Position numbers and translations under genes: made by a program
Shown: positions 30,444 through 38,686 of the stretch, piece after piece
Layout of the letters: every line of letters starts with the position of its first letter
Numbering within the stretch: the first letter of the stretch is position 1
Source: a virus
Virus record (IMG/VR): IMGVR_UViG_3300032286_000719
Location: 32,001-96,000 of that record
Reading direction: 5' to 3' (one strand)
Length of the DNA: 64,000 nucleotides
Notes under the pieces: generated by a model
The model's database searches: none
Told to the model about the DNA's origin: nothing
What the model saw: the letters and a program-made list of their open reading frames with translations, nothing else

Positions 30444-31016
30444 ATGCCTACATTTATTAAACCTACCCTTTGGGAAAAAAGAACTAATCCTGCACAAGGA
30501 TATAAAGGAGAATTAAACCTTGATCAATTTGTAGAAAATAAAATACCTGCTCCTACGAGTCTGTATTCTGCTACTTTTTTTGATACCACATTACAAACTA
30601 ATGGTGGAGCAACAACAGCTAATCAAGTTTTAATTAATTCAACACAATCTGCTAATGGATTTACATTAGGACCTAATAATAGAGTAAATGTTACTAATGC
30701 AGGAATTTATTATATAGATCTTAGTCTTCAACTTGCATTTACAGGAGGTGCATCAAATTTTAATGTGACAGTATGGTATACAATAAATGATGCAATTGTA
30801 CCTAACTCTGCTTTTACATTTACAACATCATCTCAACAAAATGATCAAACTTTAGCAAGGATAGCAGATACAATAGCATTAACAGCTGGACAATATCTTA
30901 AGTTCTATTGGTGGGCTCCAGCAACTGGTATGCGTTTGTTACCAACTGCTGCAGGAACTAATCCAACAAGACCATTATCACCATCAGTAAACTTTTCTAT
31001 ATTTAATGTTGGATAA
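30444..31016 (+). CDS. C1q/BclA-C-like beta-sandwich decoration protein
   Basis: V..AGIY.I...LQ...V.W...N and L.AGQYL...W jelly-roll pattern. Confidence 0.55.
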   Translation: MPTFIKPTLWEKRTNPAQGYKGELNLDQFVENKIPAPTSLYSATFFDTTLQTNGGATTANQVLINSTQSANGFTLGPNNRVNVTNAGIYYIDLSLQLAFTGGASNFNVTVWYTINDAIVPNSAFTFTTSSQQNDQTLARIADTIALTAGQYLKFYWWAPATGMRLLPTAAGTNPTRPLSPSVNFSIFNVG

Positions 31017-31065
31017 TTAAAAAACATTATATACTTTTACTGTTAATTTTAAAACCAATTAAACT

Positions 31066-31320
31066 ATGGCACAGTATGATCCTGCAAAAAGGTACACATG
31101 GACTCCTGAAGACAAATTCACGTTAACAGGACAACAGTTTGGATTAATCCTAAACACAGTTAGATCTTATTTATCATCAGAAGAAGCAGCACGTTTCCAA
31201 TTGATGGTTCAAACTAATCAAGTGATTGAAGAGTTAATGATCCAAGGTGTGGAAGCTGACATCATTAAAGAAGTGATAGAAGAAGCTCCTATAGAAGAAG
31301 TTTCTTCTAAAGATCTTTAA
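31066..31320 (+). CDS. Hypothetical acidic protein
   Basis: 84-aa ORF after an A/T-rich gap. Confidence 0.55.
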   Translation: MAQYDPAKRYTWTPEDKFTLTGQQFGLILNTVRSYLSSEEAARFQLMVQTNQVIEELMIQGVEADIIKEVIEEAPIEEVSSKDL

Positions 31321-31377
31321 AACAACGTAGCTGCTGGGTGAAGAATAGCAGCTGTTTTCAAACAAAAGCACTTCTCT

Positions 31378-31578
31378 ATGAGAATATACGAACCAAAGAA
31401 TAGAATAGATGTTATAACGCCTAAGGGAGAAGGTATTATCTGGCTTGTTACAGAATTTGGAACAGAGACAGACACCATCTATACAATTATAATAAACACT
31501 ACAGGTGAGCTGTGGCAATACACTCACAAAGATATAATCGTTAAACCCAATATAACATTTAAACGCTATGGCAAATAA
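31378..31578 (+). CDS. Hypothetical protein
   Basis: 66-aa ORF, V.TPKGEG...TGELW motif. Confidence 0.55.
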   Translation: MRIYEPKNRIDVITPKGEGIIWLVTEFGTETDTIYTIIINTTGELWQYTHKDIIVKPNITFKRYGK

Positions 31579-31750
31579 AACAAAAGGTGGAAGTCTATCT
31601 GGACTTAAAGCATCTAACAAAAGAGTTGGTCCTGTAGATCCTAAAGGAGCATTCACAAATGTGCAAAAGAATACATTAGCTGGTGCTACAAGTAAAGCTA
31701 AACTTGTTAAAAATAAACAACTTGGTGCTACCAAGATGAAGAAGAAATAA
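31568..31750 (+). CDS. Small basic protein
   Basis: 60 aa, Lys-rich. Confidence 0.6.
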   Translation: MANKTKGGSLSGLKASNKRVGPVDPKGAFTNVQKNTLAGATSKAKLVKNKQLGATKMKKK

Positions 31751-31753
31751 GTC

Positions 31754-32164
31754 ATGAAAGCTATTAAGAAAGCAGTTAATGGTACTACTACCAAAAAAAC
31801 TACTCTTGATCCTAAGAGTAGAGAGCTTATTGTTAAACAATTTAAAGAGAATCAAATAAAAAAAGATTCTACTTATGAGGCTAATACAAAAAGTAATTTA
31901 GAAAAAAGTATAAAAGATCTTGCATTAAAAGCTCAACAGAAGCAATTAGAAGAAAATAGAAAAGCTAAATTACCTAGACAGAAAAATGGTGGTTCTGTAG
32001 CAAAAGCTAAAGATGGTAAGTGGATGCAGAAAGCTGCAGCTTCTATTAAACGTAGAGGAACTGCTGGTAAATGTACACCAATCACTAAACCTGGTTGTAC
32101 AGGCAAAGCTAAAGCTCTTGCAAAAACATTCAAAAAAATTGCTAAATCTAATAAGAAGAAATAA
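31754..32164 (+). CDS. Basic Lys-rich protein, possible internal head/DNA-binding protein
   Basis: KKAVNG, QKNGG and AKDG motifs; WMQKA...ALAKTFKK C-terminus. Confidence 0.6.
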   Translation: MKAIKKAVNGTTTKKTTLDPKSRELIVKQFKENQIKKDSTYEANTKSNLEKSIKDLALKAQQKQLEENRKAKLPRQKNGGSVAKAKDGKWMQKAAASIKRRGTAGKCTPITKPGCTGKAKALAKTFKKIAKSNKKK

Positions 32165-32982
32165 TGGCTAAGATAACAAAAGTACCTAATGGTCCTCTTA
32201 TTAAGAAGAAAGGCCCATTTAAAGGAAGTACATTAAAGACTGGTGGTAGGATAAAGAAAGCTATAAATGGTACAACCACTACGCAAACTACTACTCGACC
32301 AATGACTAGAAGAGATAGTCTAGTAGCAAACATAAAAGAACAAAATAGACTAAGACAAAATCTTACAGATTTTAGAAACAAAGTTGGTAGTAGAAAACTA
32401 ACACCTGATGAAGTTATAGAAAAAAATAAGCTTAACACTTTATTATCAGACTTTGGTACAAAACAAAGAGTAAAATCTACAGGACTAACAGAGCAGCAAC
32501 TTGCTAAAAATGATTCTATATATACAGAACAGCAACGTAAGAAAAAAAGTGAAGAAGATGACAGTGGTCAACTAAGAGGTATGGGTAATGATAAACCAGG
32601 ATGCTCTGGATCACAAGGGGCAAGTGAGAGAAGAGTTAAAAGAGAAGCCAGAAGAAAAAATGGTGGTCCTGTAAAGAAAGCTCTATTAGGTGCAATCATG
32701 GGAATGGCTGGAGGAAAAAATAATCCTATATATAAAAAGACTACTGCACTTCGTGGTAAATTAGGTAGTGCTGCTCTTGGAATTCCTGGTTTAAAACCAA
32801 TTGTAAAAAATGGTTCTAAAATAAAAAAAGCTAAAGCTGGTGCAATGATCAAACGTGCTGATGGTTCTATGTCTAAGAGAGGACTTTGGGATAACATCAG
32901 AGCTAATAAAGGATCTGGTAAGAAGCCTACAAAACAAATGTTAGTGCAAGAGAAGAAAATCAAAGCTAAAACTAAGAAATAA
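32164..32982 (+). CDS. Basic modular protein with KKAxxG/KNGG motifs
   Basis: KTGG, KKAING, RKNGG, KKALLG, KKAKAG and GLWDNIRA motifs. Confidence 0.6.
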   Translation: MAKITKVPNGPLIKKKGPFKGSTLKTGGRIKKAINGTTTTQTTTRPMTRRDSLVANIKEQNRLRQNLTDFRNKVGSRKLTPDEVIEKNKLNTLLSDFGTKQRVKSTGLTEQQLAKNDSIYTEQQRKKKSEEDDSGQLRGMGNDKPGCSGSQGASERRVKREARRKNGGPVKKALLGAIMGMAGGKNNPIYKKTTALRGKLGSAALGIPGLKPIVKNGSKIKKAKAGAMIKRADGSMSKRGLWDNIRANKGSGKKPTKQMLVQEKKIKAKTKK

Positions 32983-33260
32983 TGGCAACACCAGCATGGC
33001 AAAGAAAAGAAGGAAAGAATCCTTCTGGTGGACTAAATGCTAAAGGCGTGGCTTCATATAGAAAAGCTAACCCTGGAAGCAAACTTAAAACAGCTGTTAC
33101 AACAAAACCTTCTAAGCTTAAAGCTGGAAGTAAGGCTGCAGGAAGACGTAAGTCATTTTGTAGTAGAATGTCAGGTATGAAAAAGAAACTCACATCTGCT
33201 AAGACAGCAAATGATCCTAACTCAAGAATCAATAAATCTCTACGTAAGTGGAATTGTTAA
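32982..33260 (+). CDS. Conserved basic phage protein (DUF6321-like)
   Basis: AWQRKEGKNPSGGLNAKG...RRKSFCSRM...SRINKSLRKWNC. Confidence 0.7.
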   Translation: MATPAWQRKEGKNPSGGLNAKGVASYRKANPGSKLKTAVTTKPSKLKAGSKAAGRRKSFCSRMSGMKKKLTSAKTANDPNSRINKSLRKWNC

Positions 33261-33280
33261 ACCCTATAATAATATAAATC

Positions 33281-33985
33281 ATGGCAACAATTAAAAAGGC
33301 AAATACTGGTAAGTTAATCAAAGGTGCAATAAATGCTGTAACTTCTTCTAAAAAAGTAACTATACCTTCAGGACTGAAAAAATCAATAAAAAAATCTCAA
33401 AGTGGTCCAATAAAGATTACTCCATATTCTTCAGAAGCTGAAAGAATAGCTGCTGGTGGTCCAACTAATTTACAAAAATATAAAACTGTAAATAGATTTG
33501 ATCCAGACTATCAAAAACCATATAAGCCAAAGAAACAACCTAAGGTTGATAAGTATGGTTTTGATACTAGACCAGATAGAAATGGTGGTGCACATAAAGC
33601 TAAAAATGGTAAATCATTTCCTGATCTTAACAAAGATGGAAAGGTTACTAGAGCAGACATCCTTAAAGGACGTGGTGTTATAGCTAAGAATGGTAAACCT
33701 ATTAAGAAAGCTTTCTTAGGAGCTCTAGCACCACTAGCTATGAAAGCTCTACCTATGTTAGGTGGAATGCTTGGTGGTAAAGGAAAAGAAGGAGGTGGAG
33801 GAGGAATAGGTGGAATGCTTGGTGGATTACTAGGAGGAAAGAATGGCAAAACTGTAAAGAAATCTAAATCTGGCTCTACTATTAAAAAAACTGGTATGCA
33901 TAAAATGCCTAATGGATCAATGATGAAAAACTCAAAGATGAAAATGGGTGGATCTATGAAAAAATGCAAATATGGCTGCAAGTAA
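33281..33985 (+). CDS. Basic modular protein with EF-hand-like loop and Gly/Met-rich hydrophobic segment
   Basis: FPDLNKDGKVTRADIL; KKAFLGALAPLAMKALPMLGGMLGG; repeated KNG motifs. Confidence 0.6.
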   Translation: MATIKKANTGKLIKGAINAVTSSKKVTIPSGLKKSIKKSQSGPIKITPYSSEAERIAAGGPTNLQKYKTVNRFDPDYQKPYKPKKQPKVDKYGFDTRPDRNGGAHKAKNGKSFPDLNKDGKVTRADILKGRGVIAKNGKPIKKAFLGALAPLAMKALPMLGGMLGGKGKEGGGGGIGGMLGGLLGGKNGKTVKKSKSGSTIKKTGMHKMPNGSMMKNSKMKMGGSMKKCKYGCK

Positions 33986-34151
33986 ATCAATGACAGCTGG
34001 TAAAGCTAAGAAATCTGGAGCACCAAGAATGGCTCCAAAGGTGACTATTCCTAAGAAGGACAAACCCTTCTCACAAAATAAATCTATGGATGATAAGGTG
34101 AGAAGAACGTCTGCTCAGCAACCAATGAAGAAGAAAAGTTTATCAAAATAA
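33972..34151 (+). CDS. Small basic protein (not in ORF track)
   Basis: 59-aa ORF MAASKSMTAGKAKK..., ends immediately before the terminator. Confidence 0.6.
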   Translation: MAASKSMTAGKAKKSGAPRMAPKVTIPKKDKPFSQNKSMDDKVRRTSAQQPMKKKSLSK

Positions 34152-34152
34152 T

Positions 34153-34180
34153 AAAGCCTCCTTGATTGGAGGCTTTTTTT
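34153..34180 (+). terminator. Intrinsic terminator at the convergence of the two gene blocks, likely bidirectional
   Basis: AAAGCCTCC-ttgatt-GGAGGCTTT stem followed by a T run. Confidence 0.85.
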
Positions 34181-34731
34181 TATTTAACTATAATAAGAAG
34201 TTTGTTGTGATGTGTCTGATAGAATTGTTTACATGGATAGTTGAGAGCTTTAATCTCTGCTATCATCTTGTGTTCATCTAACTGTGCAGCATGTAGATCT
34301 TCTATGATGTATATACCACCTTCTTTTAGATATGGATATAACGTTTTGAAGCTTGTAATTATGTGTTCACCATAATGTGATCCATCATCAACAATGATAT
34401 CAAAGTCTCCTCCATAAGTCTTAACACATTCTTCTAGATCCTTAACACTGTTCTGATCTCCAATGAACACTTGTACATTCTCTTTCTCAAACTGTTTGGC
34501 CTCTGAATTAATATCATACCCTATAAGTTCTATATCAGGGAAATATTCATTCCACATCTCAAGAGATGCTCCAGGAAACCTAGGATCTGCTACACCTATC
34601 TCTAACATCTTAACATGTTCTTTAGATATTTCATCTAATAATTCATGATAGAGAACAGTGTAATGATGGCCATAATCCATGGTGCCTTTGTCTGTGCCTA
34701 TTCTATTTGCTATTTCTGTTAATCTGTTCAT
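34180..34731 (-). CDS. SAM-dependent O-methyltransferase (sugar O-MTase, MycE/TylE-like)
   Basis: GTDK...HHY...Y; LEIGV...GASL.MW..YFP; GDQ; DIIVDDGSH; GGIYIIEDL. Confidence 0.8.
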   Translation of the reverse strand: MNRLTEIANRIGTDKGTMDYGHHYTVLYHELLDEISKEHVKMLEIGVADPRFPGASLEMWNEYFPDIELIGYDINSEAKQFEKENVQVFIGDQNSVKDLEECVKTYGGDFDIIVDDGSHYGEHIITSFKTLYPYLKEGGIYIIEDLHAAQLDEHKMIAEIKALNYPCKQFYQTHHNKLLIIVK

Positions 34732-35392
34732 AGTAATCGTTTTTAAAATGTGGATGGAGTTCTATTTCTCCTTTTGTATTATCTAACACTTTATCTGCAT
34801 GATCTAATATCACTTGATTAGAATGTTCTCCAAGTCCTGATATATGGAATGTTCCCATTCCCCAACGATATAACATTGTGTTTTTTAGTTTAGATTCATA
34901 TATTTTTCCACCTTTGTGGAATGTAATATCTGCATCTTCTCCATTACTTGTATCAGGCCATTTGATTCTATCTAAATAACCTTTAGTGTAAATGTTTCCA
35001 TTGTTTATATTAGAGCTCTCTCTTTCATAAATATTATTTACAAAGAAATACATTCCTTCACTTCTATAGACATCATATCCAGGATTGGTCTGTATATCTA
35101 TACTTGCATTCTTTAAAGCCCATGGAGCTAAGAGATCATCATCATCTAGTCTATAGATGTAGTCATACTTACACTGTTTGTATCCCCATTCAATCTTAGC
35201 AGCTATAGAAGGAAATCTCTCTTTATGATTGATAATCCTTACTTTAGGGTGATTATACACATAATCCACCTCAGCATTGTCATTTATGACGACCATTTCA
35301 CATTCTGGTGGGAGTTCTTGTGCAAGAAATGATTGAATTGCTTCTTCTAACAAGTGATGTCTTTTATAGGTAAGAGTTAAAACTGATATCAT
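34703..35392 (-). CDS. Glycosyltransferase family 2
   Basis: ISVLTLTYKR...EAIQSFLAQ...EMVVIND; RLDDDD; GED. Confidence 0.85.
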   Translation of the reverse strand: MISVLTLTYKRHHLLEEAIQSFLAQELPPECEMVVINDNAEVDYVYNHPKVRIINHKERFPSIAAKIEWGYKQCKYDYIYRLDDDDLLAPWALKNASIDIQTNPGYDVYRSEGMYFFVNNIYERESSNINNGNIYTKGYLDRIKWPDTSNGEDADITFHKGGKIYESKLKNTMLYRWGMGTFHISGLGEHSNQVILDHADKVLDNTKGEIELHPHFKNDYYEQINRNSK

Positions 35393-36156
35393 ATTGGTTG
35401 TATTAATCCATTATTAAAATAAGTTGGTAGTATAATCCATCCTTTGCAGTACATATCTGCCCATGATGATGGTCCTTCAGGTCCAAACCATGTCTCTGGT
35501 GCAACAACAATCTTTCCAGGTTGTCTAGATAGATAAGCTGCCCACCAACTAAACGATGAGTTAGATATAACAAAGTGATGACACATACTCATGATCCACA
35601 ATTGTTCATGCACTTTCAATCCTTCTAGATACATTGCATTAGGTATGTTCAAGTGTTCTTTACACCATGGAATATCATCACTAGCAATGATATATTGATT
35701 AGAAGGAACTAATGTTAATGCCTTGTGTATGTATTCTGGTGAGACTGTAGGATGATAATTAGGGTAGTGGAGATAATCTCCTTTACGAACATTGATCACT
35801 GTCACCTCTGTATTAAAGATGACAGGAATCTCTGTACGTATTTTATCTATAAATTCTTTTGGAGGAGAGAATAAAGATTTAACTGCTTCGCTATACTTCT
35901 CAAAATATCTTTCACTTTGATAGTATCCACCATATACAGTTGCTTTATTATCTTTAACCTCATTAGGATGATCTATATATAAATCTAGTTTTCTAAATAT
36001 ATTATCTACAAAGTCACCCATATGCCCCACTTGTTTGGCAGGAACAATAAGTTGTCTATTTTCATCTAAAGCTCTAGCGTAAGCATTAGCTATCATGAAT
36101 AGATTATTACCTAGTCTTCCTCCCAAAGAGGGCATTATGAAATCTTTGTTTATCAT
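35389..36156 (-). CDS. Glycosyltransferase family 11 (alpha-1,2-fucosyltransferase-like)
   Basis: GRLGNNLF; GYYQSERYF; NVRKGDY; SDDIPWC; CHHFVISNSSFSWWAAYL. Confidence 0.88.
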   Translation of the reverse strand: MINKDFIMPSLGGRLGNNLFMIANAYARALDENRQLIVPAKQVGHMGDFVDNIFRKLDLYIDHPNEVKDNKATVYGGYYQSERYFEKYSEAVKSLFSPPKEFIDKIRTEIPVIFNTEVTVINVRKGDYLHYPNYHPTVSPEYIHKALTLVPSNQYIIASDDIPWCKEHLNIPNAMYLEGLKVHEQLWIMSMCHHFVISNSSFSWWAAYLSRQPGKIVVAPETWFGPEGPSSWADMYCKGWIILPTYFNNGLIQPI

Positions 36157-36446
36157 TACCAGATGTGAACAATATCAAATATAGAAACTAACAAAACATC
36201 TTCTGTAGCTGATAAAGGAATTACAAAAGTTTTGTCTCTCAACGCTGATGGATCTACTAACACTTCACAACCAACAACAAGATCTGGATCTGTAATAGCT
36301 GTTCCTACACTATGAACTTTTAATCTGTTCATTTTATTAAGCAATGCTTTTTGTAAAGATTCTTTTGTATTATCATCTACAATCACTTTGCTCTCTTCTT
36401 TCTTTGGCATCTCTAAGTAGATGCGATTTCCTAATAACTTTGCCAT
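36156..36446 (-). CDS. GroES-like co-chaperonin
   Basis: KLLGNRIYL...V.SVG...VG.EVL...DI pattern, 96 aa. Confidence 0.65.
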   Translation of the reverse strand: MAKLLGNRIYLEMPKKEESKVIVDDNTKESLQKALLNKMNRLKVHSVGTAITDPDLVVGCEVLVDPSALRDKTFVIPLSATEDVLLVSIFDIVHIW

Positions 36447-36721
36447 TATTTTAATTCAAATAGGTTAATAAATCTTTTTGCATCCTCTGCATTCAATGTG
36501 ATCTCTGATTGAACAGTCTCACGAATATTTTTGTATCCCTTCATCTTATTGGTTTTAAGATCAATGTCAGGTTGTTGTGTAACTCTCTCATTGAAATCAT
36601 CTAGTATGACAATAAGGCCTGCCTCATCGTTCTCTAATGTTCTAATCACCTTGTTGATGTTTAAAGAAGCTGTGTACTCCTTCTCGCCAATAATAGCTGT
36701 GTAAAAAAATTGGTTTTTCAT
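36446..36721 (-). CDS. Hypothetical protein
   Basis: 91-aa coupled ORF. Confidence 0.55.
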   Translation of the reverse strand: MKNQFFYTAIIGEKEYTASLNINKVIRTLENDEAGLIVILDDFNERVTQQPDIDLKTNKMKGYKNIRETVQSEITLNAEDAKRFINLFELK

Positions 36722-36732
36722 ATTTTAATTGT

Positions 36733-36915
36733 TTAAACGCTTACTACTAAATTCCAACATACATCTACAGCAGGAGGAAAAGTTTCTCCTTTTGTTAGAG
36801 CAATAAACTCTTTACCACTTCTGTATATACCACTCACAGGAGCTTTTTTTCCTGTAGTTCCTATAACATCTTCGCCAGTTGCTTCTAACAAAGACAATAA
36901 AATCTTTTTAATCAT
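36733..36915 (-). CDS. YjzC-like small protein
   Basis: TGKKAPVSGIY...L.KGETFPP...W.LV. Confidence 0.65.
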   Translation of the reverse strand: MIKKILLSLLEATGEDVIGTTGKKAPVSGIYRSGKEFIALTKGETFPPAVDVCWNLVVSV

Positions 36916-36927
36916 GTTTTTTTGTTT

Positions 36928-37575
36928 TTAATTATATTCTAAGTCTAATATTTTACCTACTAAATCACTTCTGTGATTAGCTTTAAGTTTAATCCATTCT
37001 ATTCCCTCTATCTTCTTAGAGAGTTCTATAGCATAAGACAGTCCAGTGTATGATTCCTTTATGTCTTTTTGTTCGTTATCACCATTGATGATAATCTTAC
37101 CTGTCTTACCAAGTCTTGTTAGAATTGCAAGCATCTCAGTTTTAGTTAGATTCTGTGCTTCTTCTACAACAAGAATATCATCTATTGTTTTACCTCTAAT
37201 AAACTGTATAGGATAGGCAAGCACTCTCTTGTTTTTAACAAGCTCTTGTATCTTTAACTTATCATAACACTTCTCAAGGTTTTCCTGAAAAGCTTCTAAG
37301 TAAGGATTGAACTTATCTTCAAGATCACCTGGCAAAAACCCTAATGATCCACCCACCTCAATTGTAGCTCTTGTAATGTATATATGATTACATTGCTTCT
37401 TCATTAAGAAATCTAGAGCTGCTTGTGCACACACTAAAGACTTACCACTTCCTGCTCTACCAGTTACAATAACAATCTGATTGTCTATTATAAGCTGTTT
37501 AGCAAGCTTTTGTTCTTCGTTAAGTGTGACATTGTATTTAATCTCACTCTTTCTTTCCCTGTTAGCTTCTTTCAT
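36928..37575 (-). CDS. phoH: PhoH-family ATPase
   Basis: GRAGSGKS; LGFLPGD; FIRGKT; EEAQN; LTRLG; GDNEQKD; HRS. Confidence 0.92.
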   Translation of the reverse strand: MKEANRERKSEIKYNVTLNEEQKLAKQLIIDNQIVIVTGRAGSGKSLVCAQAALDFLMKKQCNHIYITRATIEVGGSLGFLPGDLEDKFNPYLEAFQENLEKCYDKLKIQELVKNKRVLAYPIQFIRGKTIDDILVVEEAQNLTKTEMLAILTRLGKTGKIIINGDNEQKDIKESYTGLSYAIELSKKIEGIEWIKLKANHRSDLVGKILDLEYN

Positions 37576-38053
37576 ATTTGGTCAATAAATGATTACGTCT
37601 TTTATTCACCTCTTCATATCTATACATGTCATTTTCGACATTAGAATGCTCCTCTAGCGTCAAAAGTATAATATTTTCTTCATCTAGACAAGCATCAGGG
37701 TATTTTTCTTTAGGAAGTATGTGATGGAAGTATGTGGACATAGGTTCTTTACCTAGATAGGCACCACTCACTTCTGAATGGTGCTTTCTCTTTTTCCATA
37801 TTCCAAGAAACATTTCTCTTTGCATGATATGTTTGTTATTCTGGACATTTTTAGGCTTTTTGTTTGAAATAACAGACATTTGATGGGATTTTCCATCACT
37901 AACCTTCTTTTTAGCAGTTAGTGATGGTTTATTCCCACGTTGTAGTTGTGTTCTTGGTTTATGCTGAAAGCAATAATCGCTATCAGAATTCTTTCCACAT
38001 GTCTTACACTTCATCTTTAGGTGTACAACTGCAAGAGTCTTTCCATGGAGCAT
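37562..38053 (-). CDS. HNH-like nuclease with N-terminal Cys/His finger
   Basis: CKTC...CFQH; FHHILPK..YP...NIILL...EH; true start may be MKCK. Confidence 0.6.
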   Translation of the reverse strand: MLHGKTLAVVHLKMKCKTCGKNSDSDYCFQHKPRTQLQRGNKPSLTAKKKVSDGKSHQMSVISNKKPKNVQNNKHIMQREMFLGIWKKRKHHSEVSGAYLGKEPMSTYFHHILPKEKYPDACLDEENIILLTLEEHSNVENDMYRYEEVNKRRNHLLTKYERS

Positions 38054-38213
38054 TTACCTTTTTACATCTAGGACATTCCCATGCTAAATCATATCTTGGA
38101 TTTACAGGACAGCTACACATTTTTGGTGCAAATGTACTATTCCATGTGTAAGGCATTGTTTTGTATCCCTGACAATTAGGACACAGCTGAGGGTGATCAA
38201 AATTACTTATCAT
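38004..38213 (-). CDS. Small Cys-rich zinc-finger protein
   Basis: CPNC, CSC, WECPRC..VNAP...CSC. Confidence 0.6.
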   Translation of the reverse strand: MISNFDHPQLCPNCQGYKTMPYTWNSTFAPKMCSCPVNPRYDLAWECPRCKKVNAPWKDSCSCTPKDEV

Positions 38214-38686
38214 AAGTGTATTTGTATTTTACGTGTTTCACATCCCATTTTGTGTATTCCAGCTGGTTGATTACAATAAGCACATTTCTCTGTAATGATC
38301 TTATATCCAGTATCTATACGTTTGAAATCTTTCACTACATACTTCTTGAATCCAAAGCTGTCCATTGGCATACCTCTAGTAATGTAGGGCCCACCACTTG
38401 GATCGATCATATCAATCTCATCTTTCAGTGTGTCAACCATCTTAACGTACTCAGGATAATCATATGTAAGAGTTTCATCATCCCATTGATGTACAGCTTT
38501 CTTAAATTCCTCTAATGGCATTGGTGTTTCTACATCATTACAATATGCCTCATATGCTCTTGTGTAATCATTAGGCATACCAAACCTGCAATATTTAAAA
38601 TCACCTTCCCACAAAATGTCGTGATTTTCATCTCTTGTAAAGGTGAACACATCACCATACCTGTTTTTATATGTTCTTGGTTCCAT
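38210..38686 (-). CDS. Hypothetical protein
   Basis: NRYGD...F; IDPSGGPYI motif; C-terminal CxxC...H...C. Confidence 0.6.
   Translation of the reverse strand: MEPRTYKNRYGDVFTFTRDENHDILWEGDFKYCRFGMPNDYTRAYEAYCNDVETPMPLEEFKKAVHQWDDETLTYDYPEYVKMVDTLKDEIDMIDPSGGPYITRGMPMDSFGFKKYVVKDFKRIDTGYKIITEKCAYCNQPAGIHKMGCETRKIQIHL

Noticed and set aside
792-33990. Minus-strand ORFs within the + strand block, and + strand ORFs within the - strand block
   Set aside because: These are shadow frames antisense to well-supported genes, with no recognisable motifs
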